64,000 bases of DNA from Longimicrobiales bacterium (GTDB lineage: Bacteria; Gemmatimonadota; Gemmatimonadetes; Longimicrobiales; Gaopeijiaceae), in NCBI GenBank assembly GCA_965249725.1, contig CBDFMQ010000002.1, forward strand, positions 2,048,001 to 2,112,000, given 5' to 3'. Position numbers and translations under genes: made by a program. A model generated the notes under the pieces. The model saw only the letters and a list, made by a program, of their open reading frames with translations, was not told the origin of the DNA and searched no databases. Shown in pieces: positions 29,381 to 40,343 of the stretch; position 1 is the stretch's first letter; each line of letters begins with the position of its first letter.

Positions 29381-31239
29381 GAGAGTCCCTCTTGGACGGC
29401 AGCCATGGCCCTGGCGGCTCGCTCGTAGAATCCGGCTCGCTCTTCGTCGGTGGAGCCGGGCGGAGCGAAGCGCGCCCTGTCACAGACTCCGAGGCACTCC
29501 AAGTACTCCCGAACCGTCTCGGGGGCGACCCCACGGGCCGAGAGTGCCGACTCGGCGCTGTCGGACATGAAGCCAGCCTCTGCCAGGTTGAGCTTGTCCG
29601 CGAGGAATCCCCTCAGAGCTCGCTCGACCTCGGCATAGAACTCGCGAACATCAGCATCGGACGTGAGGCTCTGGGCTCTCCCGAGCCGCTTTCGCGCAAT
29701 GCGGCCCGCCCTGCGGCCTCTGGCAAACGCCACATCTCCTTCCAGTCGGTCTTGATGCCACCTCGAACCCAGCGCACCGAGCATCGCGACCAGAGGCAGC
29801 AGCGTCACGATCCAGAATCCGGGATTGTCGAAGATGGTGTCGTCGGCTACCGCGAATCTCGGCGGGGCGATGCGGATGAACCGGATGTCCTCCCGAAGAG
29901 TCTCCACACCGGTGCGTAGGCCGGGTGCGATCAGCACGGCGTCCCCGGTCACCGAAAGGCTCAGGGGCTCGGTCTCCGTGGTCGCATAGCGTCCGCTGCC
30001 GGTGTCGAAGTAGCTCATCTCGATCGAAGGGATGGTCTTCGCACCGGGCGTCCGGGGGATCAGCACGTACTCGTACGTTTTGGTCCCGCTGATGCGGGCG
30101 CCGCTCCGGTCAATGGACTCCGAGACCTCCGGAGGGAAGACCTCGAAGTCACGTGAGAACTCGATGGCGGGCGCCCCGAGCCCTCGCAGGTTGCCCTCGC
30201 CAGCCACCCGAACCGAGAGTGTCACGGCCTCGTTCGTCTCCACGTCGGTTCGATCGACCGAAGCCGTGACATCGAGCCGGCCCACCAAACCCGTGAAACT
30301 CCCCGGCCGACCCTCTGCGGGCAGCGGTAGGACCTCGACGTCGACCGGGTCCGACGACACCAGGGTGGGTACGTCTGTCCCGAAGAGCGAGCCGCGGTTG
30401 AAGAAATCCTGGAAGGGGTCCCTGCTTCGCCTTTGAACGCGGACCCGCGCTTCGACGCTCATCGGCTCCACCGTCTTGGTGCCGGGCCCCGTCGGGAAGA
30501 GGACGGAATGTCGGAGGACGGCCGTGGCATACTGCACGCCATTCCTGACCACCTGCTCGACCTGGGGGTTCTGCGTCTGTGGAACGTCCTCGACCCAGAA
30601 TCCCTCGTTTCCTCCGGTCTGTGTGACGCTGTAGGAACTGACGTTGACCCGAGTGAAGAGCCGGTAGCGGACCACGACGGGTTCGTTCTCGTAGACCTCG
30701 CGTTTGCTCACCTCGGCCAAGATGAATAGATCGTCTGGAGACACCCCGGAGACGTCCTCGGGGGGCGGCTGTGCTCCCTGACGTGTGGGAGGCACCTGGC
30801 CCTGTGACGAAGGAGGCGCCGCCGTCACCGTGAGGGTGACAGGGTCCGTCGCGAGCACCTGACCACCCGCACGAACCCGGACAGGTCCGATATCGAAGGT
30901 GCCCTCTTCCATCGCCTGATACCGATACTGAATGATCATGGAGATGGTGGTGACCCCGTTGATCACCTGCATGTTGGTGGAGCTGCTTGCGCCGAGGTAG
31001 CGCCCGAAGCTCCCCATGACCGGGAGGTCGGGGTCTGCGTCCGTACGCTGTACGCCCCGCACCTCAACATTCAGTACGAACTGACCGTTGAGGCTCACCG
31101 ACCCAGGGGTGAGAAAGGCGCGGGCGGACACGTCCTGGGCTTCGCCATGAAACGGCGCAGCCAGAGCTAAGAGTACAAACACAGACAACACGGGGCTCGA
31201 GCCGCTCCACGCGGACGCTACGGGGCGACGTACGCTCAT
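29377..31239 (-). CDS. batD: BatD-family protein
   Basis: Signal peptide, repeated beta-sandwich domains, C-terminal TM; operon context. Confidence 0.85.
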   Translation of the reverse strand: MSVRRPVASAWSGSSPVLSVFVLLALAAPFHGEAQDVSARAFLTPGSVSLNGQFVLNVEVRGVQRTDADPDLPVMGSFGRYLGASSSTNMQVINGVTTISMIIQYRYQAMEEGTFDIGPVRVRAGGQVLATDPVTLTVTAAPPSSQGQVPPTRQGAQPPPEDVSGVSPDDLFILAEVSKREVYENEPVVVRYRLFTRVNVSSYSVTQTGGNEGFWVEDVPQTQNPQVEQVVRNGVQYATAVLRHSVLFPTGPGTKTVEPMSVEARVRVQRRSRDPFQDFFNRGSLFGTDVPTLVSSDPVDVEVLPLPAEGRPGSFTGLVGRLDVTASVDRTDVETNEAVTLSVRVAGEGNLRGLGAPAIEFSRDFEVFPPEVSESIDRSGARISGTKTYEYVLIPRTPGAKTIPSIEMSYFDTGSGRYATTETEPLSLSVTGDAVLIAPGLRTGVETLREDIRFIRIAPPRFAVADDTIFDNPGFWIVTLLPLVAMLGALGSRWHQDRLEGDVAFARGRRAGRIARKRLGRAQSLTSDADVREFYAEVERALRGFLADKLNLAEAGFMSDSAESALSARGVAPETVREYLECLGVCDRARFAPPGSTDEERAGFYERAARAMAAVQEGLS

Positions 31240-31247
31240 CGCTGACC

Positions 31248-32006
31248 TTACCAGGGCCTTCTGGAGCGGCGACCGCGCGCGGGCTGCGCACGCCGAGTCA
31301 CATCGTCGGGATCTTCCTGAACCGCCTGCAACAGCCGCTCCGCTTCTTCCCGGCTCATCTCGCCTGGAGCCTCCTGCTGTTGCTGCTGCTCCTCTTCCGA
31401 CTCGTCATCCTGGTCTTGATTCTGGTCCTGAGGATCCTGCTCGCCCTCCTCCTGGTCCTGCTCATCGCGAGGATCGTCGCCTTGGTCCTGCTGGTCCTGT
31501 TGGTCCTCTTGATCCTGCTCCTGATCCTCTGGATCACCCTCGCCATCCTGCTGCTGCTCCTCTTGCTCCTGCTGTTCGAGCTGCTCGAGCACACGCTCCA
31601 GGTTGTGCTTGTAGTCCTGGTCGCCGGGGTTGGCGCGGAGAGCCTGCTTGAAGGCCTCTAGGCTCTCTTCCAGCTGCTCCCCGCGATACAACGCGTTCCC
31701 GAGGTTGTACCAGGCCGGGGCGGCCAGCGCCGGATCGCCGCTCTCGATCGCTTGGCCATACGCATCGAGCGCGCGTTCGTACTCCTCGCTCTGATAGAGG
31801 GCGTTGCCGTCGTTGAACAAAGCCAGGGGCGAGCCGGGAGCATCGCGCAGTGCCTCGAGGTACTTCTCGTGCGCCTCTTCGAAGCGACCCTCCTCATAGA
31901 GACGATTGCCCTCGTTGACCTCGGCACGGCCCCGCTGTGCAGCTGCCGACAAGGGTGATCCCCCGAGCACCATCGCGGCGGCGATGACTCCGATGCCGAA
32001 CCTCAT
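31248..32006 (-). CDS. batC: BatC-like TPR protein with Q/D/E-rich tail
   Basis: TPRs (WYNLGNALY), acidic linker, MSREEAERLL; ATGA overlap with batB stop. Confidence 0.82.
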   Translation of the reverse strand: MRFGIGVIAAAMVLGGSPLSAAAQRGRAEVNEGNRLYEEGRFEEAHEKYLEALRDAPGSPLALFNDGNALYQSEEYERALDAYGQAIESGDPALAAPAWYNLGNALYRGEQLEESLEAFKQALRANPGDQDYKHNLERVLEQLEQQEQEEQQQDGEGDPEDQEQDQEDQQDQQDQGDDPRDEQDQEEGEQDPQDQNQDQDDESEEEQQQQQEAPGEMSREEAERLLQAVQEDPDDVTRRAQPARGRRSRRPW

Positions 32007-33034
32007 GAGAACCTCCCTTCCCATGCTTCCTTCATCCGTCGACGATCCGGTACCAGTCCTTCGGCAAAAAGCAGTAGCAATGCCACTCCCAGGAACAGTT
32101 GGAACTGCTCCTCGAACTGGGTTACCTGCCGGGCCTCGAGCTCGCGGCCGTCCCCACCCGTGATCTCGTCCACCAGAGGATCCAAGCTTGCTCCAGGCCT
32201 TGTGGCCGCGAAGTAGCGCCCCCCGGTTGCGAGGGAGACGCGTTGAAGAGTCGCATCGTCCAACCGTGTCGTCACGACATTCCCATCCTCGTCCCTCTTG
32301 AAGCCATTTCTCACCCCGGCCTCGTCGATCTCGGGGATGGGCACACCCTCGAGAGATCCGACCCCGACGGTATGGATCTGTATCCCTTCTTGTACCGCAC
32401 GCTCGACGGCACTGTCGATCTCACCCTCGTGGTCCTCTCCGTCTGTGACGACCAGGAGCACCCTATGATCCGCGCTGCCCTCCTCGAACGCATCAAGCGC
32501 CACGGTGAGTGCCTCGCCCAGGTTGGTCCCCTGCAGAGGGATCAGATCAGGATCCATCGCGTTGAGGAACATGGCCGCAGCCCCATAGTCCACCGTCAAC
32601 GGTGCCTGAACGAAGGCACTCCCGGCGAAGGCCACCAAGCCGATGCGGTCGCCGTCGAGGCGCTGCAGGATCCGCATGATCTCGAGGCGGGCCCTCTCCA
32701 ACCGGTTCGGACCGACGTCCTCGGCGAGCATCGAGAGCGACACGTCCAGGACGACCATCACATCCTGCCCCTGGCTCCGTACCGTCTCCACCCGGGTGCC
32801 GAACTGGGGCCGCGCCAGCGACAACACGAGGAACGCCACAGCGACCAGCAGAAGGACCCCCTTGGCCACCCGTCCTCGACGACTCACGGTAAGGCTCAGC
32901 TTGCGCACGAGCTCCAGGTCGCCAAATCGCGCCAGGGCCTGACGGCGCGCCTTGAGCGCCCCCAAGAAGAACGCCGCCAGTGCCGGAATCAGCAGGAGCC
33001 CGAACAGCCCCTCGACGGATGCGAAGCGGAACAC
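32003..33034 (-). CDS. batB: BatB-like VWA protein
   Basis: LARPQFG, DVSLSM MIDAS, TDGEDHE; GTG start. Confidence 0.85.
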   Translation of the reverse strand: MFRFASVEGLFGLLLIPALAAFFLGALKARRQALARFGDLELVRKLSLTVSRRGRVAKGVLLLVAVAFLVLSLARPQFGTRVETVRSQGQDVMVVLDVSLSMLAEDVGPNRLERARLEIMRILQRLDGDRIGLVAFAGSAFVQAPLTVDYGAAAMFLNAMDPDLIPLQGTNLGEALTVALDAFEEGSADHRVLLVVTDGEDHEGEIDSAVERAVQEGIQIHTVGVGSLEGVPIPEIDEAGVRNGFKRDEDGNVVTTRLDDATLQRVSLATGGRYFAATRPGASLDPLVDEITGGDGRELEARQVTQFEEQFQLFLGVALLLLFAEGLVPDRRRMKEAWEGRFS

Positions 33035-33044
33035 GTCTCGCCCC

Positions 33045-34034
33045 CTACGGCAGCTTGCGGAGAACGGTCTGACCCAAGCCCACTTCGAGCACCAGCAGGA
33101 GAAGCCCTGCGGCCAGCGGGTAGTGGAACAGCTCTCCGTAACTGGTGAAATTCTGCACTTCGATCTCGGTCGTCTCGAGTTGGTCGATCTCGCGGTAGAT
33201 CTCGGACAGACCCTCCGTGTCCGTGGCCCGGAAGTACCGGCCGCCCGTGAGCTCCGCGACCTCCTGGAGCGTTGGCTCGTCCACATCGACCTGAACATTC
33301 ACATAGCGACGGCCCAGATTGGGATCGTCGATGGGGATCCGAGCCGTGCCTCGGCTACCGGCACCGACCGTGTAGACCTTGATACCGAGCGCCTGGGCCA
33401 TCTGTGCCGCGGTCACCGGGCCGATCTCACCGGTGTTGCTCCGGCCGTCGGTGAGAAGGACGATGACCTTGGACTCGGCGTCTGAAGCCTGCAGGCGCTT
33501 TACGGCCGTCGCGAGGCCCATTCCGACCGTGGTGCCATCCTCGATCATGCCGACTTCCATTTGGCCCAGAAGGTCCGTGACGACGGAGTAGTCGAGCGTC
33601 AGGGGAGCCTGTGTAAACGCCTGGCCGGCGAACACGACCAGACCGATACGGTCGTCGCGACGGCCGTTCACGAAGTCGGCCGCAACCGTCTTGGCCGCCT
33701 CCAGTCGGTTGGGTTCGAGATCTTCCGCCAACATGGAGCTCGATATGTCGACGGCCAGGACGATGTCGATGCCCTCGGCCGTGACGGTCTCTCCCGTGAT
33801 CCCCGTCTGAGGCCGCGCGAACGCGACAACAAGCGCGGTGAGCGCGAACACTCGAAGAACGAACAGTCCATGCCGGAACCGGCCCGTCCGTCCGATGTCG
33901 GCCTCCTTGAGCGACGCTACGTCGGAGTAGCGGATGGTCCCCGCCCGCTGGCTACGACGTGCGAGATAGCGGTACACGATGAACGGCACGAGGGCGAGCA
34001 GAACGAGCAGCCAGGGGTCTTCGAATCGATACAT
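33045..34034 (-). CDS. batA: BatA-like VWA protein
   Basis: ARPQ, DISSSM MIDAS, LLTDGRSN, TGGRYFRA. Confidence 0.88.
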   Translation of the reverse strand: MYRFEDPWLLVLLALVPFIVYRYLARRSQRAGTIRYSDVASLKEADIGRTGRFRHGLFVLRVFALTALVVAFARPQTGITGETVTAEGIDIVLAVDISSSMLAEDLEPNRLEAAKTVAADFVNGRRDDRIGLVVFAGQAFTQAPLTLDYSVVTDLLGQMEVGMIEDGTTVGMGLATAVKRLQASDAESKVIVLLTDGRSNTGEIGPVTAAQMAQALGIKVYTVGAGSRGTARIPIDDPNLGRRYVNVQVDVDEPTLQEVAELTGGRYFRATDTEGLSEIYREIDQLETTEIEVQNFTSYGELFHYPLAAGLLLLVLEVGLGQTVLRKLP

Positions 34035-35056
34035 CAGGCGCCCTCGGCTCCAGCGGTCTCCAGGACCGGCTCGTCTGAGCCGTCGGGCCCGTCCGCGCCG
34101 TCGGGCGCCTCCGGTCCCTCGGGCTCATCCACTCGACCACGCGTACGATCGACCAACTCACGGGCGGCCGTCAGCGCCCCTCGGCATTCGTCCGGTGAGG
34201 GCCGATGCTTGGCGAATTTCACCATGTCGCACCGGCTCAAGAACTCGTAGAGGGCGGCCTGGACGTCGTCCTCCAGCCCGATCCCCCGGAGGCCCTCCAT
34301 CACCTCGCCCGTTGTCATCTCGAGGGCGAAGACGTCGAAGCGGGCCTCCACGTAGGTCCGGATGATCTCGGAGACGCTGATGTGGTACTCCTTGATCTCC
34401 GCTCGCTGGAGCAAGTCCGAAGCCTCCAACCGGTCGAGCGCCTCGTAGGCCTCCTCGTGCGGAAGCCGGGGGATGATGACCGATCTTCTCGACTGCGAGT
34501 CGTCCCCTCGGCCTCGTCGACGCCAGAGCCAAAACGCGAACGCGCCCAGGGCCACGAGTAGCAGCAGCCAGGTAAGCACATAGATCACGCTGATGGGGAT
34601 GCCGAGCGGGCCCCGAATGGCGCGGATGTCTCCACCCTCGTCCAGACCCACGCTCTGCACGGTCACCCCATACGGATCCGTGGCAACCGCGGTGGACGAT
34701 CCATCTGCACCCACCACGCTGAACTCGAAGCTGGGGACCTCGAGGTCACCGAGCTCGAAGATCGTCAGAGTGAGCAAGACCCCGGTGACGATTCGGCCCT
34801 CGACCTCCGTGGGAGCCAGAAGCTCGGCCCCGAGGATCTCGAAGGGGTCCAGGGACAGAGAGTCGGGCCAGACGACAGATCCTCCCGGATCGTGCTCGAC
34901 ACTGACCGTCAGCTGCAGTCGGTCGCCGACGCTGACGAGGGTCGTGTCGAGGCCCGTGCGAACACGCGCCGCCTGGGCCAAGACCGCATCAGGAGCCGCC
35001 GCGGCGAGCACCGTCGCCACCACAGTCCAAAGAAGGAGTCGCCGACCCGCGCTCAT
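34034..35056 (-). CDS. Bat-operon membrane-anchored protein
   Basis: Signal peptide, Ig-like domain, TM, ALEMTT and DMVKFAK motifs; lies between DUF58 and batA. Confidence 0.75.
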   Translation of the reverse strand: MSAGRRLLLWTVVATVLAAAAPDAVLAQAARVRTGLDTTLVSVGDRLQLTVSVEHDPGGSVVWPDSLSLDPFEILGAELLAPTEVEGRIVTGVLLTLTIFELGDLEVPSFEFSVVGADGSSTAVATDPYGVTVQSVGLDEGGDIRAIRGPLGIPISVIYVLTWLLLLVALGAFAFWLWRRRGRGDDSQSRRSVIIPRLPHEEAYEALDRLEASDLLQRAEIKEYHISVSEIIRTYVEARFDVFALEMTTGEVMEGLRGIGLEDDVQAALYEFLSRCDMVKFAKHRPSPDECRGALTAARELVDRTRGRVDEPEGPEAPDGADGPDGSDEPVLETAGAEGA

Positions 35057-35931
35057 CGGAATCGCCTCTCCCGCTCCTTGAAGAAGCGCATTAGAGGTTG
35101 GACGTAGGACTCGTCGGTCTTGATGTCGATGACGTCTACGCGTCCCCTACGAAACGCACGCTCCAGCTTCTCGCGCGCGGTCACGGCCCCCTGTTCGAAG
35201 GCGGCACGGAAGCGGGCGTCCGAAGTGTTGACCAGAAACTGCTCGCCCGTCTCTGCATCCTCGAACTCGACATACCCGAGTGGTGGCAACACCTCTTCGC
35301 GCTCATCTCCCAGCCGCACCGCAATGAGGTCGTGCCTCCTACCCGCCACCGAGAGCGGTTTCTCGAATCCCTGGGACATGAAGTCGGAGACGAGAAACGC
35401 CACGGCACGCCGTCGAACGACATGAGTCAGGTATTCGAGCGCCCCCGCAATGTCGGTCCCCCGCCCCTCGGGCTTGTGGTAGAACAGCTCTCTCAGGACC
35501 CGGAGCACATGCGCCCTGCCCTTCCGGGGCGGCACAAACTTCTCGATGCGGTCGCTGAAGATGATCAGGCCGACCTTGTCGTTGTTCTTGATCGCGCTGA
35601 ACGCCAGAAGGGCGCAGATCTCGACGGCGACCTCACCCTTCATTCGCTCTCTCGTGCCGAAGTCGCCGGAAGCGCTTACATCCACCACGAGCATGACCGT
35701 GAGTTCGCGCTCCTCCTCGAAGACCTTCACGAACGGATGCCCGGTACGGGCCGTCACGTTCCAGTCGATGCTCCGAATGTCGTCGCCGTACTGGTATTCG
35801 CGAACCTCGGCGAAATCCATCCCGCGACCCTTGAATACCGAATGGTATTCACCCGAAAAGACCTCGTTGACGAGCCCCCGGGTCGTGATCTCGACCCGGC
35901 GGACCTTCTTGAGGATCTCGCGCGGGATCAT
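35053..35931 (-). CDS. DUF58-domain protein
   Basis: GMDFAEVREYQYGDDIRSIDWNVTAR. Confidence 0.93.
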   Translation of the reverse strand: MIPREILKKVRRVEITTRGLVNEVFSGEYHSVFKGRGMDFAEVREYQYGDDIRSIDWNVTARTGHPFVKVFEEERELTVMLVVDVSASGDFGTRERMKGEVAVEICALLAFSAIKNNDKVGLIIFSDRIEKFVPPRKGRAHVLRVLRELFYHKPEGRGTDIAGALEYLTHVVRRRAVAFLVSDFMSQGFEKPLSVAGRRHDLIAVRLGDEREEVLPPLGYVEFEDAETGEQFLVNTSDARFRAAFEQGAVTAREKLERAFRRGRVDVIDIKTDESYVQPLMRFFKERERRFR

Positions 35932-36000
35932 GACCTCGACCCCTTTGGTGAGGCGGAGGGCCTTCCGGCTGCGGACGGGCGACGACGGATCACGTGGAGC

Positions 36001-37044
36001 CTACGGAACTTCGATGCTGTCCAGGACCCGCGTGACCACGTCTTCGGGCGTGACCTCTTCGGCCTCCGCCTCGTAGGTGAGCAACACCCGGTGGCGCATC
36101 ACGTCCAATCCGACTGCCCGGACATCTTCGGGCGTCACGTAGCCACGTCGCCGCAGGAAGGCGTGCGCGCGGGCCGCTTTAGCCAGATTGATGGTCGCCC
36201 GCGGAGAGGCCCCGTAATCGATGAGGTCCACCAAGTCGCCGAGCCCATGCTCGGCGGGGTCACGCGTGGCGAACACCAGATCGACGATGTACCGCTCGAC
36301 CTGACTGTCCATGTAGATCATCTGAACGGCCGCCCTGGCCTTCAGAATCTCCACGGGCGTGATGACGGGAGATACCTCGGCCATCGGGCCACCGGCCACG
36401 CGACGCAGAATCTCCAACTCCTCGTCCTTGTCGGGGTAGCCGACCGAGAGCTTAAGCATGAAGCGGTCGACCTGAGCCTCGGGCAGGGGGTAGGTCCCCT
36501 CCTGCTCGATCGGGTTCTGCGTAGCGAGAACGAGGAACGGGTCGTCCAGCGGGAAGGTGTTCTCCCCGATCGTGACCTGGTGTTCCTGCATCGACTCCAG
36601 AAGAGCCGCCTGCACCTTGGCCGGCGACCGGTTGATCTCGTCGGCCAAGATGATGTTGGCGAAGATCGGCCCCTTCTTGGTCTGGAATTCCGACGACTTG
36701 GGGTCGTAGATCAACGTTCCGATCAGGTCGGCCGGCAGTAGGTCGGGTGTAAACTGAATGCGCTGGAACTGCGTCTGGATCGCCTTCGCCAGTGTACTGA
36801 CCGTCAGGGTCTTGGCGAGTCCGGGCACCCCCTCCATAAGAACGTGTCCATCGGCCAGCAAGCCGATGAGAAGGCGCTCTACCATGTAGCGCTGGCCTAC
36901 GATGACGCGGGCGACTTCGTCCTGGAGGCGGCTCACAAACGCGCTCTCCTCCTGGATCTTCGCCTGGATCACCTCGATCTCCGCGTGCATGGCCGGAGCA
37001 CGCGGCGCTTCGGTAACGGTCTCCATCTCTTCTCGATCTTCCAT
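36001..37044 (-). CDS. moxR: MoxR-family AAA+ ATPase
   Basis: EGVPGLAKT, RIQFTPDLLPAD, DEINR, ATQNPIEQEGTYPLPEAQVDRF. Confidence 0.96.
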   Translation of the reverse strand: MEDREEMETVTEAPRAPAMHAEIEVIQAKIQEESAFVSRLQDEVARVIVGQRYMVERLLIGLLADGHVLMEGVPGLAKTLTVSTLAKAIQTQFQRIQFTPDLLPADLIGTLIYDPKSSEFQTKKGPIFANIILADEINRSPAKVQAALLESMQEHQVTIGENTFPLDDPFLVLATQNPIEQEGTYPLPEAQVDRFMLKLSVGYPDKDEELEILRRVAGGPMAEVSPVITPVEILKARAAVQMIYMDSQVERYIVDLVFATRDPAEHGLGDLVDLIDYGASPRATINLAKAARAHAFLRRRGYVTPEDVRAVGLDVMRHRVLLTYEAEAEEVTPEDVVTRVLDSIEVP

Positions 37045-37118
37045 CGGGTTCGTCCGGCTGTTTGAAATCGACGATTGAACAGCCAGAAAATATACTCAAC
37101 CAGGTGCTCCGTGGGATT

Positions 37119-37149
37119 ACCGTCGGGCAACACCGTCGGGCAACACCGT
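37119..37149. repeat. 13-bp tandem repeat x2.4 (ACCGTCGGGCAAC) upstream of moxR
   Basis: Seen directly in the intergenic region. Confidence 0.8.
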
Positions 37150-37245
37150 GGATGAGTCCTACCGATGTATGATTCAGGAAGAGGGGTGAAGGGTTTCCTC
37201 GGATCCCGGTGGCTCAGATGCTCACCGGGGATCCGAGATGAACCA

Positions 37246-40014
37246 CTACTCCGCTTTCAGCGCCCTCACGGGATCGATGCGGCTTGCCCTGCGTGCCGGC
37301 ACGTAGGCGGCCAATAGAGCCACGCCGGCCAAAACCAGGGGCACGACGGTGAACGCTACGGGATCCATGGCGTCCACTCCGAACAGGAAGCTGGACAGCA
37401 GTCGAGCGAACAACGCCGCCCCGACCAACCCGACCACACCCCCGACTGCCACCAGCCCCAGCCCCTGCTTCATGAGCATACGCACCACGCTGCCCGCCTC
37501 CGCACCCAAGGACAGCCGGATGCCCACCTCGCGGGTCTTCTGAGCCACGGAGTAGCTGACCACCCCGTAGAGGCCGATGCAAGCCAGCGCCATGGCCAAG
37601 GCGGCGAATATCCCGGAGAGGAACACCGACAGCCTCGCTGGCAGGAGCCGCACGGCCAGATGTCGCTCCAGGGTCTTGTAGTCGAACGCCATGGTCTCCG
37701 GATCGATCTCTCGTGCCGTGGCGAAGAGCTGAAGGGCGACACTTTGAGCATCAGCCGTGGTCTTTGCGACCATCGTCAGGAAGGCCGAGTAGTCCTGCGA
37801 GAGCGGCCAGTAGATCTGGGGCCTGGGTGACTCTCCCAGGCTACGGACCTTGGCGGCTCTGGCCACACCGACGACCACGACCTCCTCCAGCTCGTCACCC
37901 TCCAGGAAGACGCGGCCCACCGCATCACCGTCGGGCCAGAACTGGTCTGCCATCGTCTGGTTGATGATCGCGACGCGCTGACCGTCACTCGTGTCGGTCA
38001 CGTCGAAGTCCCGGCCTTGGACCAACTCGATTCCCATCGCGCTCAAGGTGCCGGGTGAGACAGCAGTGTCATCGACGCCAAAGGCACTCTGGCCCGGGGC
38101 AGGCTCGAAACCCTCCACATTGATGCCCGTCGACGTCGTATTGAGCGGGTCGAGATGTAACCGCGTGATCATCCCCACTTCAGTGACGCCCCGAATCTGC
38201 CGGGCCCGGTCCATGAGGGTCTGGGCGAAGGCCTCCCCCTCCTCCTGGGAGAAGCGCGTCGTCGGCAAGCCGATGCTCATCATCGCCGTCGGTTCGTAGG
38301 CGAATCCGGGATCCACGGACTGGCTGGCCTGCAGACTCCTCACGAACAGACCCGCCCCGACCAAGAGAACCAACGATGCCGCCACCTGGCCCACCACCAG
38401 AGCGTTTCGCAGCGTGAGACGCTTGCGTACGCCTCCTCCGGTTCCCTCGTCCCGCAGGGTCGACGCCACGGCGGGGTTGGTGGCCTGAGTCGCTGGCGCT
38501 AGTCCGAAGAGCAGGCCGGCTGCGAGGGACACACCGAGAGTGAACAGCAGCACACGGGTGTCGAGGGCCAGATCCATGATGAGTGGCAACGGAAGTGGCA
38601 GATCGGCGTTGAGGAGCCAGGTGCGAGCCCCGTATGCCACACCGAGGCCGGCAAGGCCGCCCGCCAGCGACAGAATGACCGTCTCGGTGATCAGCTGCCG
38701 TACCAGGGTCACACGTCCGGCGCCCATCGCCAGCCGGACGGCGATCTCCTTGCGTCGATCGGTCGCACGGGCCAACAGGAAGCTCGCCAGGTTCGCGCAT
38801 GCGATCAGCAGAACGAGCCCGACCACGCCCATGAGGAGCCCGACGGCCGGAGCGAGAACCTGGTCGACCGAGGGGTGCATGATCACGTCGGCTGTGGGAA
38901 CCGCCACGAACCCACGGTCGACCGTCCAATCGGTGGGGTGCTCCACCCGGATGTCCAAGCTGACACGCTCGAGCGCCGCCTCGGCCTGGGCCAAAGTGGC
39001 TCCGGGCTTCAGCCGTGCCCTCCCGAAGTAGCTCTGCCAGGTCCGAGCCTCCAACTGGTCGACCTCGGCCGGCACGAGGTCGTTCACCATCATGTTGGAC
39101 GCATAGACAGCCGGCACCAGACCTCGGAAATGTCCCTTATACTCGGGAGAGACGACGCCGATGATGGAGAAGGAACGCCCGTTCAGCCGGATCTCCTGCC
39201 CCACGGCTCCCGGGTCGGCTCCGTACGCACTCTCCCAATACTCGTATCCGAGCACCACCACCGGGTGTGCACCGGGTGAGACGTCGTCTTCGGGAAGGAG
39301 GGTGCGTCCAACATGCGCCCCGATGCCCGATAGCGTAAAGTAGTTTCCGGTCACGACTTCGGCCGGAGCGAGCTGTACGCCGGCGTCCGTGTCCGTCTGG
39401 ATGAGCGAAAGGCGCGAGGCGCTCATCGCCGCGAACACGTCGGTCGTGCCGTCCTTCAGATCGCGGAACGTAGGATTCGACAGCGCGCCGTAGGGGAAGT
39501 CGTCGCTGCCTCCGTAGATCTCGAGCAGTTCGTCAGCGTCAGTGAAGGGCTGCGGGCTCAACAGCAGCTCGTTCACAACGCTGAAGATGGCCGTATTGGC
39601 TCCGATCCCGAGGGCGAGCGATACGATCGCCACCAGCGTGAAGCCGGGGCTACGCGCCATCTTGCGTATGGCGTATCGTGCGTCTCTTCCCATGGATCCC
39701 ATGCTCAACAACTCCTTGATTCCGCCGATCATCGTCTTCCTCGCCTCTCCGTCGTCACCCCAGGCTGCCCGGACATTCTCAACCTTTATCCGGAACCAGA
39801 GGATCATGGATTCCCTAATGAACCAAGAACGGGCGCCCAAACGCCCGTGGTAGCCCTCATACCCCTCGATGAGATCGCCCACGACGGCGGGCCGAGTCTT
39901 CCGACCGACCGCCCTCTCGACGATCCACCGAGCGACCCGGGGGACCGCGCTCGCATTCTCTTGTGAGTGCTCGGGTGAACCGGGCGACTTCCGCCCGCGA
40001 GGTGCGCTGGTCAT
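37246..40014 (-). CDS. ADOP-type duplicated MacB/FtsX ABC permease
   Basis: SLALGIGANTAIFS, LLIACANLASFLL, EIAVRLAMGA, EVGIRLSLGA, PARRASRIDPVRALKAE. Confidence 0.92.
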   Translation of the reverse strand: MTSAPRGRKSPGSPEHSQENASAVPRVARWIVERAVGRKTRPAVVGDLIEGYEGYHGRLGARSWFIRESMILWFRIKVENVRAAWGDDGEARKTMIGGIKELLSMGSMGRDARYAIRKMARSPGFTLVAIVSLALGIGANTAIFSVVNELLLSPQPFTDADELLEIYGGSDDFPYGALSNPTFRDLKDGTTDVFAAMSASRLSLIQTDTDAGVQLAPAEVVTGNYFTLSGIGAHVGRTLLPEDDVSPGAHPVVVLGYEYWESAYGADPGAVGQEIRLNGRSFSIIGVVSPEYKGHFRGLVPAVYASNMMVNDLVPAEVDQLEARTWQSYFGRARLKPGATLAQAEAALERVSLDIRVEHPTDWTVDRGFVAVPTADVIMHPSVDQVLAPAVGLLMGVVGLVLLIACANLASFLLARATDRRKEIAVRLAMGAGRVTLVRQLITETVILSLAGGLAGLGVAYGARTWLLNADLPLPLPLIMDLALDTRVLLFTLGVSLAAGLLFGLAPATQATNPAVASTLRDEGTGGGVRKRLTLRNALVVGQVAASLVLLVGAGLFVRSLQASQSVDPGFAYEPTAMMSIGLPTTRFSQEEGEAFAQTLMDRARQIRGVTEVGMITRLHLDPLNTTSTGINVEGFEPAPGQSAFGVDDTAVSPGTLSAMGIELVQGRDFDVTDTSDGQRVAIINQTMADQFWPDGDAVGRVFLEGDELEEVVVVGVARAAKVRSLGESPRPQIYWPLSQDYSAFLTMVAKTTADAQSVALQLFATAREIDPETMAFDYKTLERHLAVRLLPARLSVFLSGIFAALAMALACIGLYGVVSYSVAQKTREVGIRLSLGAEAGSVVRMLMKQGLGLVAVGGVVGLVGAALFARLLSSFLFGVDAMDPVAFTVVPLVLAGVALLAAYVPARRASRIDPVRALKAE

Positions 40015-40343
40015 GTGTTCTCCTCCGTAACCTGATCCAAGCCCTTCCACAGGCTGAGGAGAACGGACCGAGACTCACGCAGCTTCGACAGCGCCTGGGG
40101 ATTCACGCTGACCATCCGGGGCGGCCGCCCGCCGCGGCTCTCGGTTGGCGCTCCCAGCTGCTGTCGGATCAGTCCCTTCGTCTCCAGACGCCGGAGGGCA
40201 ACGAAGACCGCACCGTGGCTCGGTCGCCTTCCGGTGTGCGCCTCGATTTCTTCCAGGATGGAGACCGCATAGGCCTCCTCGCCCAGCCGCAGCGCAGCCA
40301 GCAGCACCATCTGTTCGAACTCTCCGAGAGTGTCTCGACTCAC
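40011..40343 (-). CDS. PadR-family transcriptional regulator
   Basis: LGEFEQMVLLA...GAVFVALRRLETKGLI; 4-nt overlap with the permease start. Confidence 0.9.
   Translation of the reverse strand: MSRDTLGEFEQMVLLAALRLGEEAYAVSILEEIEAHTGRRPSHGAVFVALRRLETKGLIRQQLGAPTESRGGRPPRMVSVNPQALSKLRESRSVLLSLWKGLDQVTEENT

Noticed and set aside
31370..31590. DNA repeat element in batC
   Set aside because: Low-complexity Q/D/E linker normal for BatC-like proteins
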